A stretch of 64,000 nucleotides of DNA from Candidatus Saccharimonadia bacterium (GTDB lineage: Bacteria; Patescibacteriota; Saccharimonadia; UBA4664): positions 15,680-79,679 of the forward strand of contig JBGTMQ010000017.1 in NCBI GenBank assembly GCA_041743505.1. The letters run 5' to 3'. The notes below the pieces were generated by a model. It was not told the origin of the DNA. It saw nothing but the letters and a program-made list of their open reading frames with translations, and did not search any database. A program made the translations under genes and the position numbers. This document shows, piece by piece, positions 21,815 through 32,137 of this stretch (the first letter of the stretch is position 1; each line of letters begins with the position of its first letter).

Positions 21815-22393
21815 TTACGTAATTTTCTTTAAAATAGCGGGAATTAAACCAAAATCATCTACCAAAGTTTGCCGCATCGCACCGTTATAAAGCGCGGCTG
21901 CGGGATGAAACAGCGGTAAATATACCTGGCCCATTTTGCGTACCGGCTTCCCATGGGCCTGACTGATCCTCAACTCGGGTAAAAACACACTCATAGCATG
22001 CCGGCCCAGAAACACCACCAGCTTGGGTTTAATAATCGCCAGTTGCCGTTCCAAATACGGGATAAACACCTCAATTTCCTCCGGCTCAGGATCACGGTTA
22101 CCGGGCGGCCGGTACTTGACGATATTGGTGATGTAAATGTCCCCCCGTTCAAGGCCAATGCCGGCCAGCATCTCGTTCAGAAATTTCCCGGCCGCGCCCA
22201 CAAACGGCTCACCCTGCAAATCTTCGTTCTTGCCCGGCGCCTCACCAATAAACACAATCTCCGAATTCGGATTGCCCACCCCAAACACCAATTGGGTCGC
22301 CGTCTCCTTCAAATGCGGCGTCACCCCATCTGCCTCAATGGCTCGGGCAATATCAGCTAACAATTTGGCTTTATCGGTTGCAGGTTCGTCCAT
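21815..22393 (-). CDS. Uracil-DNA glycosylase, family 4-like
   Basis: GEAPGKNED, GEPFVGAAG, FHPAAALYN. Confidence 0.92.
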   Translation of the reverse strand: MDEPATDKAKLLADIARAIEADGVTPHLKETATQLVFGVGNPNSEIVFIGEAPGKNEDLQGEPFVGAAGKFLNEMLAGIGLERGDIYITNIVKYRPPGNRDPEPEEIEVFIPYLERQLAIIKPKLVVFLGRHAMSVFLPELRISQAHGKPVRKMGQVYLPLFHPAAALYNGAMRQTLVDDFGLIPAILKKIT

Positions 22394-22478
22394 ATACCCT
22401 CAAACAAACACTCGGGGCGGCAATTACCGCGTCCCTTCGGGCGTCCAAATCACTTCAGGCGCCCTCGTGACGTAGTAG

Positions 22479-24593
22479 CTAATCTTTTTTATTAACCGCT
22501 TTCATACTCAAGTTGAGTCGGCCCTGCCCATCGACCTCCATCAATTTTACACGAACCTCATCACCCACCTTCACCACGTCCTCCACCTTGGCCACTCGCT
22601 CATCGGCCAGCTGGCTGATATGCACTAGGCCGTCCTTGCCCGGCAAAATATTCACAAATGCCCCGAATTCCATCAGTTTCACCACTTTACCGGTATAAAT
22701 AGTGCCCACTTCAGGGTCTTCGGTCAGCCCGCGGATAATCTCGATCGCCCGCTCAGCTCCCTCAGAATCAGTCGAGGCAATCATCACCAGGCCCGAGTCC
22801 TCGATATCGATCTCCACGCCTGTCTCAGCGATAATTTTGTTAATAGTCTCGCCACCCTTACCAATGACCACCGCGATCTTCTCGGGGTTAATCATCAGCT
22901 TGGAGATCCGCGGCGCTAGCGGGCTCAAGTCCGGCCGTGGCTTATCCAGTACTTCTAACATCTTACTCAAGATGTGTGCCCGGCCAATCTTAGCCTGGGC
23001 CAGCGCATCCCGCATAATCGCAGGCGTAATACCCTTCACCTTAATGTCCATCTGCAGAGCCGTAATCCCATCCTCGGTCCCGGCTACCTTAAAGTCCATG
23101 TCGCCGGCAAAATCCTCGGCACCCTGGATATCGGTCAAGATAATGTAATTATCGCCCTCGCCCTTAATGAGTCCCATAGCAATACCCGACACCGGCTTCA
23201 ATATAGGCACACCGGCGTCCATCAAGCTCAACGTCGAGCCACACACGCTCGCCATCGAGCTCGAACCATTCTGGCTCAACACCTCGCTAACGGTCCTAAT
23301 CGTGTACGGAAAGTCCTCCACGGCCGGAATCACCGGCAATAGCGCCCGCTCGGCCAATGCCCCGTGACCAATCTCGCGGCGGCCCGGCGAGCGCATCGGC
23401 TTCACCTCACCGCTCGAGTAACCCGGCGCATTGTAGTGGTGCATGTACCGTTTGGTCGTATCCTCTTCCATCGTGTCTATCATCTGTGCATAGCTCGTAC
23501 TAGCAATCGTCGTCACGTTCAGCACCTGGGTTGTGCCACGAGTAAATAGCGCTGAGCCGTGTGCTCGCGGTAGCAATCCCGCCTGCCCCGAAATCGGCCG
23601 GACCTCAGTCGTCTTGCGCCCATCTGGACGCTCACCGTCCTCCACAATACCCCGCCGGATCTCATAATCAATCACCTTGCGAAAGGCCACTTCCATGTCG
23701 GCATGCTCGTAGTCATTCTCAAATTGCGCCAACACCTCTTTCTCGAGGTTCCGAATCGCATCATGACGTACATAATGGTCTTGATGCCGAATTGCCGGAC
23801 CCAACCGGTCCTTCAAAAATCCCCGGATAGCCTCAGCCAAGTCTTCGTCAGCCCGAAACAGCTCGTATTCCTTGGGCTTCGCACCCAGCTCTTTCACAAT
23901 CTTCTCTTGGAGATCAATCACCGGCTGAACCGCCTTATGCGCTAGCTCAATTGCGGCAATCATTGTCTCCTCGTCCACCTCCATAGCGCCGGCTTCCACC
24001 ATCATAATGGCGTCCCGCGTCGCGGCCACAGTCAAATCAAGCTTGGAGGTCTCCATTTGCTCAGCCGTCGGGAAAGCTACCAGCTCACCGTCTACCAAAC
24101 CAACCCGCACGCCCGCCACCGGCCCCTCAAATGGAGCTCCAGATAGCATCAACGCCGTCGACACCGCCGTCATGGCAATAATATTCGGCGCGTACACCTG
24201 GTCCGCACTCAAAACCATCGCCACCGACTGCACATCATGCCGGTAACCCTTAGGAAACAGTGGCCGCACCGGCCGGTCAATTAGCCGCGCACTCAGCGTG
24301 GCATGCTCACTCGCCCGGCCCTCGCGCTTAATAAACCGCGAGCCACTAATCTTACCAGCCGCATAAAACCGCTCTTCATAGTCAACCAACAATGGGAAAA
24401 AATCAATCCCGTCCCGCGGGTTATTGCTAACTACAGCCGTTCCCAGCACCATCGTGTCGCCATAGCGCACCGTCACGGCGCCATCGGCCAAAAAGGCCAT
24501 CTTGCCGGTTTCAATAGTCAACTCACGCCCACAGAACTCGGTCGTAAACTGCCGAATCGCACCCCCAAACGGGTGAATTATATCTTGCTTCAT
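22479..24593 (-). CDS. pnp: Polyribonucleotide nucleotidyltransferase (PNPase)
   Basis: RREIGHG, NGSSSMAS, GDMDFKVAG; KH and S1 domains. Confidence 0.99.
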   Translation of the reverse strand: MKQDIIHPFGGAIRQFTTEFCGRELTIETGKMAFLADGAVTVRYGDTMVLGTAVVSNNPRDGIDFFPLLVDYEERFYAAGKISGSRFIKREGRASEHATLSARLIDRPVRPLFPKGYRHDVQSVAMVLSADQVYAPNIIAMTAVSTALMLSGAPFEGPVAGVRVGLVDGELVAFPTAEQMETSKLDLTVAATRDAIMMVEAGAMEVDEETMIAAIELAHKAVQPVIDLQEKIVKELGAKPKEYELFRADEDLAEAIRGFLKDRLGPAIRHQDHYVRHDAIRNLEKEVLAQFENDYEHADMEVAFRKVIDYEIRRGIVEDGERPDGRKTTEVRPISGQAGLLPRAHGSALFTRGTTQVLNVTTIASTSYAQMIDTMEEDTTKRYMHHYNAPGYSSGEVKPMRSPGRREIGHGALAERALLPVIPAVEDFPYTIRTVSEVLSQNGSSSMASVCGSTLSLMDAGVPILKPVSGIAMGLIKGEGDNYIILTDIQGAEDFAGDMDFKVAGTEDGITALQMDIKVKGITPAIMRDALAQAKIGRAHILSKMLEVLDKPRPDLSPLAPRISKLMINPEKIAVVIGKGGETINKIIAETGVEIDIEDSGLVMIASTDSEGAERAIEIIRGLTEDPEVGTIYTGKVVKLMEFGAFVNILPGKDGLVHISQLADERVAKVEDVVKVGDEVRVKLMEVDGQGRLNLSMKAVNKKD

Positions 24594-24872
24594 GCAAATC
24601 CTTCTTATGGAGTAATGGCGCTGTACGTACCAGGGACAAGAGATTAAAACAATTTAATCCCAAAGCTCCAACACATACTTACTTCAACGCCACACAAGGT
24701 TAATTAACCTGGATGTGTATTACGGGCATTATAGCATAAAAGCTACCTGAGCTCAAATATACCCCACTTTAAACCTGCAAATAACACTATAATCCAAACC
24801 AACATTATCTATCGAGACAGCAAATGAGCCGGCCAATCTGGCCGACCCTCTTGCTTGATTCATTACCGCCTA

Positions 24873-25139
24873 TTACCGGCGTAGGTCGAGCTTCTTAAGC
24901 ACTTCCTGGTAGCGGTTTACGTCTCTCTTGCTCAAATAGTCGAGCAATGAGCGTCGCTTGCCGACCATCTTTAGAAGACCGCGGCGTGAGTGCTCGTCCT
25001 TCTTGTGCTCTTGCAAATGACGGGTCAAGCTCTTGATCTGCTCAGTAAAGATGCCGATCTGAACCTCCGGCGAACCGGTGTCCTTCTTGTGAACCGCAAG
25101 TCCTGCGATAACCTTAGTTTTCGTGTCAGGCTTTAACAT
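24873..25139 (-). CDS. rpsO: 30S ribosomal protein S15
   Basis: [28 protein letters not shown]. Confidence 0.99.
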   Translation of the reverse strand: MLKPDTKTKVIAGLAVHKKDTGSPEVQIGIFTEQIKSLTRHLQEHKKDEHSRRGLLKMVGKRRSLLDYLSKRDVNRYQEVLKKLDLRR

Positions 25140-25281
25140 AACGAAAGAATACTAGCATTTTTCCCCATATTAAGCAAGTCCCATAGGGGTACCCAGCCAA
25201 CCTCAGTGCTCAAATCGAGCTTATAGCGCTAGGGTTAGCCCTCCAGCCGGAAGTAGTAAATTCCAGCTGGAAGTAGGCAGT

Positions 25282-25431
25282 TTAACACAGAAGAGCTCCC
25301 AGGACGGCGAGAACAATCAGCATGCCAAAAACAAAGAGCATCACTCCTCCCAGTAGCAAGATCAAATACACAACGACGGAAACCACCACAACCATCACGA
25401 TGATGGCCAGAATCGCCTCAATCAAGCACAT
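25282..25431 (-). CDS. 49-aa extremely hydrophobic small protein (below ORF-track cutoff)
   Basis: MCLIEAILAIIVMVVVVSVVVYLILLLGGVMLFVFGMLIVLAVLGALLC after a GGAGAG SD; follows two membrane genes on the same strand. Confidence 0.6.
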   Translation of the reverse strand: MCLIEAILAIIVMVVVVSVVVYLILLLGGVMLFVFGMLIVLAVLGALLC

Positions 25432-25449
25432 CTCTCTCCAGACAACTAC

Positions 25450-25815
25450 TCAGGCCGGATTATGCAGCGGCCCACGTGCCGGCGTTATGCTCTCCGCCAG
25501 TTTGGCCAAAAGTGCCTTGACCTTGGCACCCGCCTCCTTGAGTCGCTTCTTGCGCTTACCAGGACGACGGCTCGCAAACCAACAAACCAGAATGGCAGAA
25601 ACAAGGTAAACGGCCCAATGTATTATCGAGGATGCAGGCTCACCAAGGATAATATTCGACGCCATTACAAACACCGCCATTACCGCTAAAAGTGCACCCA
25701 CCACTGCTAGCAGGGGGTCAGGAGTTGGCAGAATATTCCGCCAAAGACCTATGCTCAACCCCACATTGACCGTGATTCCAAAATAAACACTGATTACAGC
25801 AATCGTATCTAACAT
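25450..25815 (-). CDS. Membrane protein with basic amphipathic tail (paralog B)
   Basis: 3 TM then KRKKRLKEAGAKVKALLAKL; GGAGG SD. Confidence 0.75.
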   Translation of the reverse strand: MLDTIAVISVYFGITVNVGLSIGLWRNILPTPDPLLAVVGALLAVMAVFVMASNIILGEPASSIIHWAVYLVSAILVCWFASRRPGKRKKRLKEAGAKVKALLAKLAESITPARGPLHNPA

Positions 25816-25828
25816 GGATCCTCCAAAC

Positions 25829-26206
25829 TCAGGAAGGATTGGGCAGTGGCGCTCGGACCGGCGGCATTGATTTGACCTGCTCAATGAGCTTAGCCAAAAT
25901 GGCCTTAGCCTTGGCACCCGCCTCCCTCAGCCACTTTTTACGCTTACGCGGACCTCGCGGCCATGTGACCCAGCTCCAGATAGTAAGAGCCACGATATAC
26001 AAGACTCTCGCAACAATCGGCTCAGTACCGTCACCAAGCCATATATCAGCGACCACAGTCATCGCCAACAACGCCGCCAGACTGGCCGACAAAATCGAGG
26101 GGACCCAGCTGCCATATAATCTCATCCCACTCCGGACAAGCAGTATTCCTATCAAGCCGAAAACAAGGCTGACACTGGCGATGACAAGATGAAATGCTTC
26201 AAGCAT
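25829..26206 (-). CDS. Membrane protein with basic amphipathic tail (paralog A)
   Basis: 3 TM then KRKKWLREAGAKAKAILAKL; GGAGG SD. Confidence 0.75.
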   Translation of the reverse strand: MLEAFHLVIASVSLVFGLIGILLVRSGMRLYGSWVPSILSASLAALLAMTVVADIWLGDGTEPIVARVLYIVALTIWSWVTWPRGPRKRKKWLREAGAKAKAILAKLIEQVKSMPPVRAPLPNPS

Positions 26207-26379
26207 ACAAGCCTCCAAGTATTTACGGTAAATCAAGCTGGATTCGGCAATGCCCGACGCACCGGCAACCTGAACTCAATTCATTAAGTCAGCCATTCGC
26301 CAAGGAATCGGTCAAAGAACTCGCCAAACGCGCCCGTATACTATGCACATTTTCAAGTAAAATATCAATATATAACCAT

Positions 26380-27306
26380 CTACTCAGAATGCCGTTTGAG
26401 CGGGATTGTCCACTCCGGCATCGTTGGCTCACCAGGAGCAATCAGCCGCTCTGCGGTAACAGGCTGCTGCCGCTCATCATACGCATCAAGGTGCTTTTGA
26501 GCATGCGGCACACAGAAAGTATCATCATCCAGCCGCCGGTCATGTGGCGTGGGCAATTGAAGCTGCCATACCGCTCGCGTAACGGACGGGCCCTTACAAT
26601 CCTTACAACATCGGAATTCACCGGGGCTACTCTTACTAATGGTTGTTAATGCCTGGTCGGCCAAGCCAATTATTTCCCCATAGGCGTCCCGAAGTTCCTC
26701 GGCCTGAGACCCAGGCGCTTCAAGCATAGTCGTCACCCGGTCTAGCCGCTCAGCCAGCGCTTTATTCAGGGCAGCAACGGTCCCCCAACGCCCTTGGGCG
26801 GCCACAGATTCGCCCAGCTCAGACAAAGGCGCCTCATCCTGGGGCTCCAAGCCACTAAACTGCTCGATCCAAGCCCTGGTATTCTTAGCGTTCTCCATGA
26901 GGTGGATATAGTGCCCAAAGATCATGTGTTCAGTAGCAACAGGGTCTTCATCAAGGTACCGCTCAATACCAGCCAGCATATATCCATCATTCTTAACATT
27001 CCGGACTACGCAATCCCAGTACGAATCAAACGCCTTCTCGCCCTTTAGCTCATTGCCATATCCCGGCTTAATCTCAGACTGCGCCTTCGCGGCCTCCAAA
27101 GACGCCGCCACGACAACCTCCTCCACATAATGCCACTCGCCAGAATATGGCGCCGTTTCACACCAGGCCCCCACTCTGTAAACCGGTCCTTCGGCAGGCT
27201 GCTCCAAAGCCTCCTGATGTTTCGGTACCTCAGGCACCCAGGCCGTAAATTCAGCCCCGTTACCATCAGCCGACTCAGGCCTTGGCCCGCCGCCCCGCTC
27301 GCTCAT
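26380..27306 (-). CDS. Hypothetical protein with C-terminal Cys/His cluster
   Basis: 308-aa ORF coupled to truB; CCKDC...FCVPH. Confidence 0.7.
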   Translation of the reverse strand: MSERGGGPRPESADGNGAEFTAWVPEVPKHQEALEQPAEGPVYRVGAWCETAPYSGEWHYVEEVVVAASLEAAKAQSEIKPGYGNELKGEKAFDSYWDCVVRNVKNDGYMLAGIERYLDEDPVATEHMIFGHYIHLMENAKNTRAWIEQFSGLEPQDEAPLSELGESVAAQGRWGTVAALNKALAERLDRVTTMLEAPGSQAEELRDAYGEIIGLADQALTTISKSSPGEFRCCKDCKGPSVTRAVWQLQLPTPHDRRLDDDTFCVPHAQKHLDAYDERQQPVTAERLIAPGEPTMPEWTIPLKRHSE

Positions 27307-27971
27307 GACACATCTCGCAAATGCTGTTCAAGACTAGCCGCCTCAACCTCATCGAGCACCAGCGCTTCGCCCAACCTATATTTGCCCACCTCTGTCCGTA
27401 CCAAACCGCTCAAATAAGCCCCGGTGCCAAGTATCTCGCCCAAATCCTCAGCCAACGTACGAATGTAGGTGCCACTCGAAACTTTTGCCTCCAGTTCTAC
27501 GATCGGATACTCATAACTGACCAGTTTGTTCTCGTAAATCACTACCGGACGCGCTGGAATCTCCACTGTCCGCCCGGCTCTGGCATACTTATACGCCTCC
27601 TTGCCGTCAATCTTGATAGCCGAATAAACGGGCGGAACCTGTGTTATGTGGCCGCTCAACCGCTCTAGAGCCTCCAGGATGGCCTCCTTAGCCGCGGCCG
27701 TATCGGACACGGCTGTCTTTTCGCCTTCGCCATCCCCAGTCGTGCTGGTGGCGCCCAGCGTTACCTGTGCCACATAGCGCTTATCAAGCTTGGTCAAAGC
27801 CTCCGCCTGCTTACAGGCTGTTCCAAACAGCATCAGCATCAAGCCGCTCGCCAACGGGTCCAATGTCCCGGCATGACCAATCTTGCGCACACCGGTAACC
27901 TTGCGCAAACGACGAATCACGTCAAAAGACGTGATTCCAATAGGTTTATCTATCAGTAACAAGCCGTTCAT
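27303..27971 (-). CDS. truB: tRNA pseudouridine(55) synthase
   Basis: KIGHAGTLDPLASG, VPPVYSAIK, SGTYIRTL. Confidence 0.98.
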   Translation of the reverse strand: MNGLLLIDKPIGITSFDVIRRLRKVTGVRKIGHAGTLDPLASGLMLMLFGTACKQAEALTKLDKRYVAQVTLGATSTTGDGEGEKTAVSDTAAAKEAILEALERLSGHITQVPPVYSAIKIDGKEAYKYARAGRTVEIPARPVVIYENKLVSYEYPIVELEAKVSSGTYIRTLAEDLGEILGTGAYLSGLVRTEVGKYRLGEALVLDEVEAASLEQHLRDVS

Positions 27972-27989
27972 ACGACTAGTATACCTGCT

Positions 27990-29210
27990 TTAGCGGTCTT
28001 CGTCCGCCCGCTTGCCCTCGGGTGAAGCCTTGCGCAATAACTCAGCAGCCGCTGCAAAATCAGCCATCGGAATGGCGGCGGGCTCAGCCGGTTGCGTTTC
28101 CGCATTGATTAATTCAGCCTGCGTAGGCTGCTCTGGCGCCGGCTCAAGCGGAACACTCGGCTCAATGTGATGAGGCTCAATAATCGACTCTTCAGTCGTA
28201 CCTGGAGCCGTCGTGCGCTCTGCATCCGGATTAGCTACCCGCTCAACTGCGGCGGCCTCAGGCTGCGAGCGGCGAGCCAACTCCTGACGCGGCGCCTCCT
28301 GTTGACGTGGAGCCTCTTGCGAACGCACAGCTTCTTGCTGGCGCTCAGGCTGGCTCGGCCGGTCGCCACGCGAGCGGTCATCGCGTGAACGGTCGTCACG
28401 GCGGTCACTACGCTCTGAACGATGATCACGCTCGCCACCATCACGACCACCCTCACGGCTATCGCGGAACAAACCTTTCACCACCACCTGCTGCTTAGCT
28501 CCAGCAGCCATCATCTGCGCAGCCACTGTTAGGCTCTTAGAGGTCGTGTGACTGGCCGTAAACCGGTCCGTTGAGGCCATGAGACCGGTCAGCATCACCG
28601 TAGCGATATCAGCATCAATCAACCCGCTCTGCAGGCTCTCGCTGGTAGCTACCAAAATCTCGCACAAGCTAGAAGCCGTTGGCTCAATCAAGTTAATGGC
28701 GCCATAGCTCTCATTCGTGCGATGAAAGTCCAAATTAATAACCGGGATCGAGTTAAACAATCCCTGGTTCTCAGCATAAACCCGGTCAATACGAGCCCGC
28801 GTTGGCACACCCAAAACAATGGCGATGTCATAGTGGAAATCACCGTACCCGAACGTCACGTCGCTCGGCGCAAACCCGCCTTTAAACGGCGTAATATACA
28901 CGTTGAGCTTGCCGTCTTCTACCTCGTAGCGCAACTTATCAACCTCAGCCTTATTTACATCCACCTTCAGAATAAAATCACGCATCCCGCTCAAGCGCTT
29001 ATCAACGCCTGTCTGGTCCAAAAACTGAACCGATTGAGGCAGCTGATCGCTAATTATGGCGCTAACCTTCTTGCCAAACTTGCGCAGTATCGCCGCTAAG
29101 GCAATAACCGCCGCTACCTGGTCTGCACTAGGATGCTGGCCACTCGTAATTAGAATAGTTTCCGCCTGGCGGATCGCTTCGGATGTTTGCTGTTTGGGTG
29201 TCAGGTCCAT
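27990..29210 (-). CDS. DHH-superfamily (NrnA-like) protein with degenerate motifs and charged disordered tail
   Basis: HPSAD, INLDFH, ASSLCE, GLMASTDRF; upstream of truB. Confidence 0.75.
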   Translation of the reverse strand: MDLTPKQQTSEAIRQAETILITSGQHPSADQVAAVIALAAILRKFGKKVSAIISDQLPQSVQFLDQTGVDKRLSGMRDFILKVDVNKAEVDKLRYEVEDGKLNVYITPFKGGFAPSDVTFGYGDFHYDIAIVLGVPTRARIDRVYAENQGLFNSIPVINLDFHRTNESYGAINLIEPTASSLCEILVATSESLQSGLIDADIATVMLTGLMASTDRFTASHTTSKSLTVAAQMMAAGAKQQVVVKGLFRDSREGGRDGGERDHRSERSDRRDDRSRDDRSRGDRPSQPERQQEAVRSQEAPRQQEAPRQELARRSQPEAAAVERVANPDAERTTAPGTTEESIIEPHHIEPSVPLEPAPEQPTQAELINAETQPAEPAAIPMADFAAAAELLRKASPEGKRADEDR

Positions 29211-29407
29211 GGAGGTAGCTATGCTCGCTTAAAGAATCTACCAGCCTACCACATAATTGCTAATCTTGTCAAGAGTAATGGTTATGGTTAATTAAATGGG
29301 TTGGAAAGCTATTCGCTCTCCAACCCATTAACCATCCCGCTTACCGCGAAAAAGTACCACATATGAAACTAGCGCAGACGAACTAATCTCTAGACAACTG
29401 TTCAGAC

Positions 29408-29602
29408 TTATTCGCCGGCTCGCTCTGCTCTCGTCGCAGCATTACCCATATCTGTAGCTCTGGCCCCTTGTTCATGAACAGCGACAGTGCCCGGTGCAAT
29501 CTCTAACCTGTCAGCGATCTCTTTGGTCGTCATGCCCTCTGCCCGACCAAACCTTACCTCTTCCTCCATTTCAGTATGATCTCTGAACGAGCGTATTCCC
29601 AT
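29408..29602 (-). CDS. Small HTH protein (LuxR/sigma4-like)
   Basis: AEGMTTKEIADRLEIAPGTVAVH; AAGGGG SD. Confidence 0.65.
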   Translation of the reverse strand: MGIRSFRDHTEMEEEVRFGRAEGMTTKEIADRLEIAPGTVAVHEQGARATDMGNAATRAERAGE

Positions 29603-29825
29603 AGCAAATCCCCTTTCAGGTCGTCTGAGCCCTCATACTCATAATGAGCTACTAATTCAATATTTCAAGCAAACAACCCCAGGCATTGACATGCTTTTAC
29701 CCGCATAGCCAAGAGTAATAGTTATGGTTACAGAGATAAGTAAAAATCCACTGGTGCTGAGTCGCAAAGAAACGCGCCCCAGCCAAACGGCGCAGGAGCG
29801 CGTTTCACTGGGGCGTAATGTTGGG

Positions 29826-30377
29826 TCAGGACTGGACCGAGGTTACCGCTGCCCGATCACGTGCAACAGTAACGAGGAAACGCGCCCCAGCCAAACCAAG
29901 GCCACGCTGGCGGCGCAGCTCCTTGATGGCAGTGATGACGCTGCCGCTTTTGGCGTAAAGCCAGGCGGCCAGCTTGGCATCGGACAGCTCAGCGAGCTCC
30001 GGATCAGTACCTTGTACCGCGGCTTTCTCGCGCCGGACACGAACCTGTGCCGCCGCAACGATATCCCTGGCCTCCAGAAGACCCAGGCCTAGGTGAAGAT
30101 CCTGGCGGAGCTTCTTGATTACCCAGATCATCTGGCCGCCAGCAGAAACAAGCTGATAGGCCAGGTCGTCGGCAGTCGGCACAATGGGGACGGTTTCATT
30201 GTCAACTACATACTCTGTGGCATCGAGTGTCACAGGAACAACACTGCCGGTCAGATAATACTTGGCTATGTAGTTTCGAGCATCACCCTCACTCTCGAAG
30301 AAAGCGATGAGTTGCAAGGCAGGCCCAACGTTTGGCACACGGTAATCATGCAGAATTCCATACTGAGGTGCGATCAT
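29826..30377 (-). CDS. Hypothetical protein with two L7/L12 C-terminal-like repeats
   Basis: IWVIKKLRQDLHLGLGLLEARDIV and ITAIKELRRQRGLGLAGARFLV. Confidence 0.65.
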   Translation of the reverse strand: MIAPQYGILHDYRVPNVGPALQLIAFFESEGDARNYIAKYYLTGSVVPVTLDATEYVVDNETVPIVPTADDLAYQLVSAGGQMIWVIKKLRQDLHLGLGLLEARDIVAAAQVRVRREKAAVQGTDPELAELSDAKLAAWLYAKSGSVITAIKELRRQRGLGLAGARFLVTVARDRAAVTSVQS

Positions 30378-30675
30378 GTCATACTCCATCTCGGTGGGTA
30401 AGGGTGACGTGACTATAGTTATAATAGCATACTTTGCTAAATTTTGCAAGTTTATCTTCTATCTTCAGCTCTATTTCACCTCCTCGATCAAGTAGGGCGA
30501 ACAAAGCGGAATATATCACAACATATACATTGAACAATGTAAAACAAAAAGCCTGTTCCACAACAATCCAGCACCGGTTATTTACATTCCTGCCCAAATA
30601 AGCTATAGTCTCCTGGTATTTGCCGGCCGGATGCGCGCCGCAATTTTGTATCAACCCCACACTAAGGAATCCTTT

Positions 30676-31092
30676 ATGCCCATCATCAAATCAGCTATGA
30701 AGCGCGCCAAGCAGGCCATTGTACGCCGCAGCCGCAATCTCCAGGTCAAACGTGCCGTCAAGCAGGACATTACCGCCCTGCACACGGCCATCACCGAAAA
30801 CAAGGTCGCCGAACTCCCGGAAAAGCTAGCCGCCGCTTACTCCGAGATCGACCGGGCCGTCAAGAAAGGCACGCTGCACAAAAACACCGCTGCCCGCCGC
30901 AAAAGCCAGCTGGCCAGCCACGTAGCCAAGGCCTCCGGCGACATCAAGACTGAAGAGCCCAAGACCACCAAGGGTGCCGGCAAGAAAGCCGCTACCACCA
31001 AAACAGCAGCCAAGAAAACCACTGCTACAAAGACTGCAGCCAAAAAGCCGGCCGCCAAAAAAACTCCAGCCAAGAAAACTGAGAGTAAATAA
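30676..31092 (+). CDS. rpsT: 30S ribosomal protein S20 with Lys/Ala-rich tail
   Basis: MPIIKSAMKR, AYSEIDRAVKKGTLHKNTAARRKS. Confidence 0.97.
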   Translation: MPIIKSAMKRAKQAIVRRSRNLQVKRAVKQDITALHTAITENKVAELPEKLAAAYSEIDRAVKKGTLHKNTAARRKSQLASHVAKASGDIKTEEPKTTKGAGKKAATTKTAAKKTTATKTAAKKPAAKKTPAKKTESK

Positions 31093-31099
31093 CTCTCGC

Positions 31100-31135
31100 A
31101 CAATACCAGGGGCCCGCAAGGGCCCCTGGTATTGT
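31100..31135 (+). terminator. Hairpin after rpsT
   Basis: caataccaggggccc-gcaa-gggcccctggtattg. Confidence 0.7.
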
Positions 31136-31147
31136 TAGGATAAACAT

Positions 31148-31729
31148 ATGGCAACCACTGATCAGCTCAAACAAGACATCATCTTCCAGACGCCACTACG
31201 CGGACACTTATTCACCTTTCATTCCACCTGGGGCCTATTCAGCCCCAAAGCCATCGACGAGGGCACCCAATTACTCGTTGACCACCTCGACATTCGCCCC
31301 ACGGACGACTGCCTCGATCTAGGCTGTGGTTATGGACCGCTTGGCCTGGCTATGGCTCATCTGGCCCCCAAAGGCACCACCCACCTCGTCGACAAAGACT
31401 TCGTTGCCGTAGATTATTCCGCTCGCAACGCCAAAATCAACCAGCTACCCAATGCCCAAGCCTACCTGTCCAACGGACTCGCCCAAGTCCCGCCCAATCA
31501 AAAATTCGACATTATTGCCTCCAACATTCCCGCCAAAATTGGCGGCGAGCTGCTCAGCATCTTCCTCCACGACTCGTACGCCCGTCTCAATCCTGGTGGC
31601 AAGCTCTACATCGTCACCGTCTCCGGGCTCAAGGACTACATGAAACGCCACCTCACCGAAGTATTCGGCAATTATGATAAGCTCAAGCAGAGCCGAACCT
31701 ACACCGCCGCTGTAGCCATCAAGCGCTAG
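31148..31729 (+). CDS. RsmC-like class I SAM methyltransferase
   Basis: GLFSPKAIDEGTQLL, LDLGCGYG. Confidence 0.85.
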   Translation: MATTDQLKQDIIFQTPLRGHLFTFHSTWGLFSPKAIDEGTQLLVDHLDIRPTDDCLDLGCGYGPLGLAMAHLAPKGTTHLVDKDFVAVDYSARNAKINQLPNAQAYLSNGLAQVPPNQKFDIIASNIPAKIGGELLSIFLHDSYARLNPGGKLYIVTVSGLKDYMKRHLTEVFGNYDKLKQSRTYTAAVAIKR

Positions 31730-31744
31730 ACTAAGGAGACCGGC

Positions 31745-32137
31745 ATGCTCCCGCTGACACTTGTCGAAGACCCTGCGGGGTTCCACCCGGTATTTCTTCA
31801 AGCCATTCACTCTGAATCCCGCATTATTGGCTGGTTAACCTATGGCCACGACGAACCACCGATGACCGCCCAAGAAGAAAAAGAGCTTAATAGCTCGGAC
31901 CTACTACCTGGATTCCGTACCCACCGGCGCCTCCAACGCCCCTATTTCCTCATCTGCACAGCCTATTGGGCTAGCGCCGAAGAGCATGGCGTCTGCTATC
32001 GGGCCCTCGATAAATCCAAATCTAACTCATCGCCAGAGTGGTTTCGCCCCCTCCACACACTCGACGGCAAAGGCTGGCTAGACCCTGAACCAGATGGAGG
32101 CCCCAGGTTCACACAAGACCTCCCCCAACCCCGCTAG
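31745..32137 (+). CDS. Hypothetical protein
   Basis: AAGGAG SD; 130 aa. Confidence 0.6.
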   Translation: MLPLTLVEDPAGFHPVFLQAIHSESRIIGWLTYGHDEPPMTAQEEKELNSSDLLPGFRTHRRLQRPYFLICTAYWASAEEHGVCYRALDKSKSNSSPEWFRPLHTLDGKGWLDPEPDGGPRFTQDLPQPR

